Source: Podarcis vaucheri (taxonomy: Eukaryota). Taken from it: a DNA stretch of 64,000 bases. The position numbers and the translations under genes are program-made. Of this stretch, positions 60,780-64,000 are shown piece by piece. The stretch's first letter is position 1; every line of letters starts with the position of its first letter. Where the stretch lies: assembly GCA_965113315.1 (NCBI GenBank), contig OZ220370.1; one strand, 5' to 3'. Under the pieces are notes generated by a model. The model was not told where the DNA came from, did no database searches, and saw nothing but the letters and a program-made list of their open reading frames with translations.

Positions 60780-63129
60780 ATAAAACCTTACGCTCAAGTA
60801 TTCCCCTCAAAACATCAGAAATAATAGTTTCTTATTTTCTTCTGTTTGAGTACTATGTTGTATTTTCCATAAAAATATCATATTGATCTTTCACATCTTT
60901 CACATTATGTGATACCTTACTACATGAGTTTATATATCACTATGAATCCTGTTCCCTTTCTCCGAAGTGGCCAGTCGGAGACGTATTGCCAAAAAACTGA
61001 GAGGGATATAATAGACTTTTTGGAGAAAATATACAATATTGCAACTGAGGGAGAACCTCTATGATTTATTTCTTTTGAAAAACTGCATATTGTTACAGTT
61101 CTTCTTTAGAAAATATATCTGCATAGTGCATTCTAAGATTAAAAGATCGCCATGCTTACGGATGGCTCACAAAATGTCAGCATTTTAAAGTGCATTTATT
61201 CTAACATACACATTTTTTTTTTACAATTTCCCTTAATATAATGCAATGTTTATGCATTTCTATTCACACTTTCCCTGATATACACATTCCTGCACACATT
61301 TTTTTGCTTGGAAAATTGCACTGCAAAATTTGGAGAAGTATGGATTTCGAAGGACAGTTGCTTTTCAAGTCTCAAATAGTTTTTAGAAGTGTGGGTTAGG
61401 TGGTGAACTGAATTTCTCCCCCTCCCTTATGCTTAACAGGACTAAAAAGAAACAGACTGAAATACATGTAAGCAATGAGAGGTTTTCAACAAGAAGCAAG
61501 TCTTCATCTTTATGGGCATATTATCATAATTTCCCCCAACATTTCCTGGGTACTTTCCTTGTAGCAAAATAATCTGCTATGAACAGAGTACCAGTAAAGC
61601 ATAGCCTTTTCTGTTAGGTATATCATTCAATGAGTATCCATTAATCGAAGAATACAGATTTGGTGGGGAGGCTTATTCGAGTTTCAGTCTGCAGACCATG
61701 AATATAAGATAGAGTGTAAAATGAAAAGTGCCTTTTGGACACTCCTTTTCTTTGTATTTGTGGCTTTGAGGACGGCAGCTCTCTTTCCAAAATCAGAAGT
61801 AAAGGTAGAAGGGCTTCATAAACTGTTCATTTGCAAGACAACCATAGGATGAAAAACAACCACAGCAGTAAGAAAGGCAAACAAACAGTGCATTTTAAAA
61901 TAAGGGAATAACAAATCCATGAACAGAAATAGCTAATAAATATAGACCAATTTGACTCAGAAGAACGCATTTTCCTTTTAATAATTGTGGCCTAGTTTTT
62001 ATTGCTACAACAAGGAACTTGGCTATATTTTCCTCTCTTCTTAGGGTTGGAGTCTACCATTAAAACCGAAATACAGAATTCCTCTGCATTTCCCAAATGT
62101 AGAGAAAGTGTTGGTGAGATAAACTGGGATCTCATATCCCTATAAAATGCAGTATAGGAGAACATGAGCAGATGTTTCGACTGAACCATTTTTGCAAGGG
62201 CAAACTCTCAAGTGCCAAAGCAGCCTTGTAAGCTGACTTATACAAAGTCAGAGATATAACTGTTGATGCCAAAACACCCAACCTAGCCATTGGAAATCAC
62301 CTTTTGTATCTAGGGGTATTTAATATTTAAATACCAAGCAAGTTGATAATTACTACTAGGTTGCAGACTAAGGTAAAGTGGTATGCAAACTCCTTTTGTC
62401 AGGGCTAATGAATTTTGCAAGTTAAGATCTTGAAGTCTGTGTTAACCCAAGTGGCAGCAGATGGGGTAGTGAATAGGCAGCAGTGTTAACACAATTGTTG
62501 TTGTTGTTAGCCAAAAACAGAAGTGTTTATCAAGAAAGCCAGGGATAGGTAGCCCAAACCTGCTGAGGTCAAGATAAATATAGGCAAAGCTAGGAACTGA
62601 TTGCTATTGTTTTCTAAGAACAAATACCTGCTTCGGTTGTAAGACTACATTGGAGACACATCTTGAAACACAGAAAAGTATTTCTTGGTTTCTCAAAGAA
62701 GTGGTTTGTGTTGTCTAAGGATTCATTAATCCCCAGCATTCAATCTTGAACTCCATACATAATCTTGGTATACACTTTGGCTTTGTACACCTTCAAAACT
62801 GAAGCTGTATGACGACTGCCTTTTGTATAGTACAACCTCAGTAGTGCAGCAAGACTATTCAGTGCAGACAATACAGTGTTTTGTATCTGATGCGACTGGG
62901 ACACAATGGACCAAAAAGTAATTCCAGTATTTAAAACTATTGACTTGCACTATTACGTGCTCACTGATGGCTCATTTATATTTTTCTTTGGAAAAATTAT
63001 CACTTTTTGTTTTATCATAGTTGACTGCCAACTGTTCTGTCTTGCAGTAGCTAGAGAATTTAGACTTCAGTCTTTTCAGATTCACCTAAAGTTGTGAAGG
63101 GTAGTACAGCATGATCTGTATATGAATGA

Positions 63130-63575
63130 ACGAATCTTTATTTGCATCAGCCATTGGCCATCACAACAAAACAACAATACTCTATACATAGAATAGAAAT
63201 AAAAAGTCAATTATATCAAATACATTCTAGGGTTTTGAATCAGTAGTCAAATAGTGGATCTTATTCCAATTGCCCCAGCTAAAAACCTTGTAACCTTTGC
63301 TGTCGCCTGCTCATCTTGATCTGCCAAGAGAAAACACACTGTGGCAGTGGCTGGGTGATCCAGAATGGACAATAAAAGAGGGGTGATAACCTCATCTCTC
63401 AAGTCTTCATAAAGAGTGCAAGCCAGAAGGGCATGCACCACCGATTCAGTACTGCCATCTCCGCAGGGACATGATCTGTATATAGAACCAATGACATTTC
63501 TGTACCAGTCAATATAGGCAAGTGGTACACTTGAGCATATAGTTCAGGAAAGAGATCATTCAAATAAATATTAAA
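63130..63575 (-). mobile_element. Non-LTR retrotransposon remnant (RTEX-like)
   Basis: FNIYLNDL...LVLYTD (degenerate YADD) joined to C-terminal HALLACTLYEDLR...FLLAD; clade assignment tentative. Confidence 0.6.
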
Positions 63576-63612
63576 AAACAAAGGGGCTAGAAAACATCTC
63601 TGTTACCCCACA

Positions 63613-63751
63613 TGCAGACCCTCCAAGTTTCCCTATTTTCCAGGAACAGCCCTGATTTAGAGAAACCGTCCCGGTTTCTGATTTGATCCCAGAATGTCCC
63701 ACTTTTCCTTGGGATGACCCGACTTTCATTGGAGAAATGTTGGCGGGTATA
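63613..63751. mobile_element. MITE
   Basis: Inverted ends accctccaa / ttggcgggt and repeated tgtccc-like units. Confidence 0.6.
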
Positions 63752-63850
63752 CACATGCCGTTAAAATGGGGTTCCTAACATCACCCTTGGAATTACATCT
63801 AACCTGCACTTTCGAACTGCTGTATAGCTGCCTTTTTTATTATTATTCAG

Positions 63851-64000
63851 CCACATGGTGGCAGCAGAGGCATATGCATTGATTGGAACTCAGGATTTTG
63901 TTTTGTGAAAAATCCCTCCGGAAGATCACAGGAATATTTGAAACAAGAAGACAGCTAAGAAGACGGTCTGTGAGAAAATATATAATATTCAGTACAGCAA
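63851..64000 (+). promoter_or_regulatory. Promoter (CSE/CTCF) of a fifth, gene-3-type Pcdh starting just beyond the window
   Basis: ccacatggtggcag, ttggaactcag and aacaagaagacagc occur in the same order as in the gene 3 promoter (49160-49242). Confidence 0.8.

Overview
Vertebrate genomic DNA, most likely a lacertid lizard (Podarcis-like), judged from Sauria/POM and Squam3 SINEs and squamate CR1, L2, L1 and BovB repeats. The first ~38 kb contain no recognisable host exons and are repeat-rich, with a 133-bp N gap. They probably represent the interval upstream of the protocadherin-beta subcluster. This part holds a CpG-enriched unique segment with a reverse-oriented CTCF motif (HS5-1-like candidate), Penelope-derived elements carrying minimal hammerhead ribozymes, a triple-nested L1 > Penelope > HAL1-like insertion, a solo LTR and a Gypsy remnant. 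From 38.7 kb onward are four tandem + strand Pcdh-beta-type large exons, each preceded by a CTCF/CSE motif. There is also a Pcdh relic split by a MITE, and the promoter of a fifth gene at the window end. Most notable: all four beta-type ORFs carry a strong phase-0 splice donor at the same position, suggesting they are spliced variable exons, possibly joined to downstream gamma constant exons, rather than single-exon genes as in mammals.
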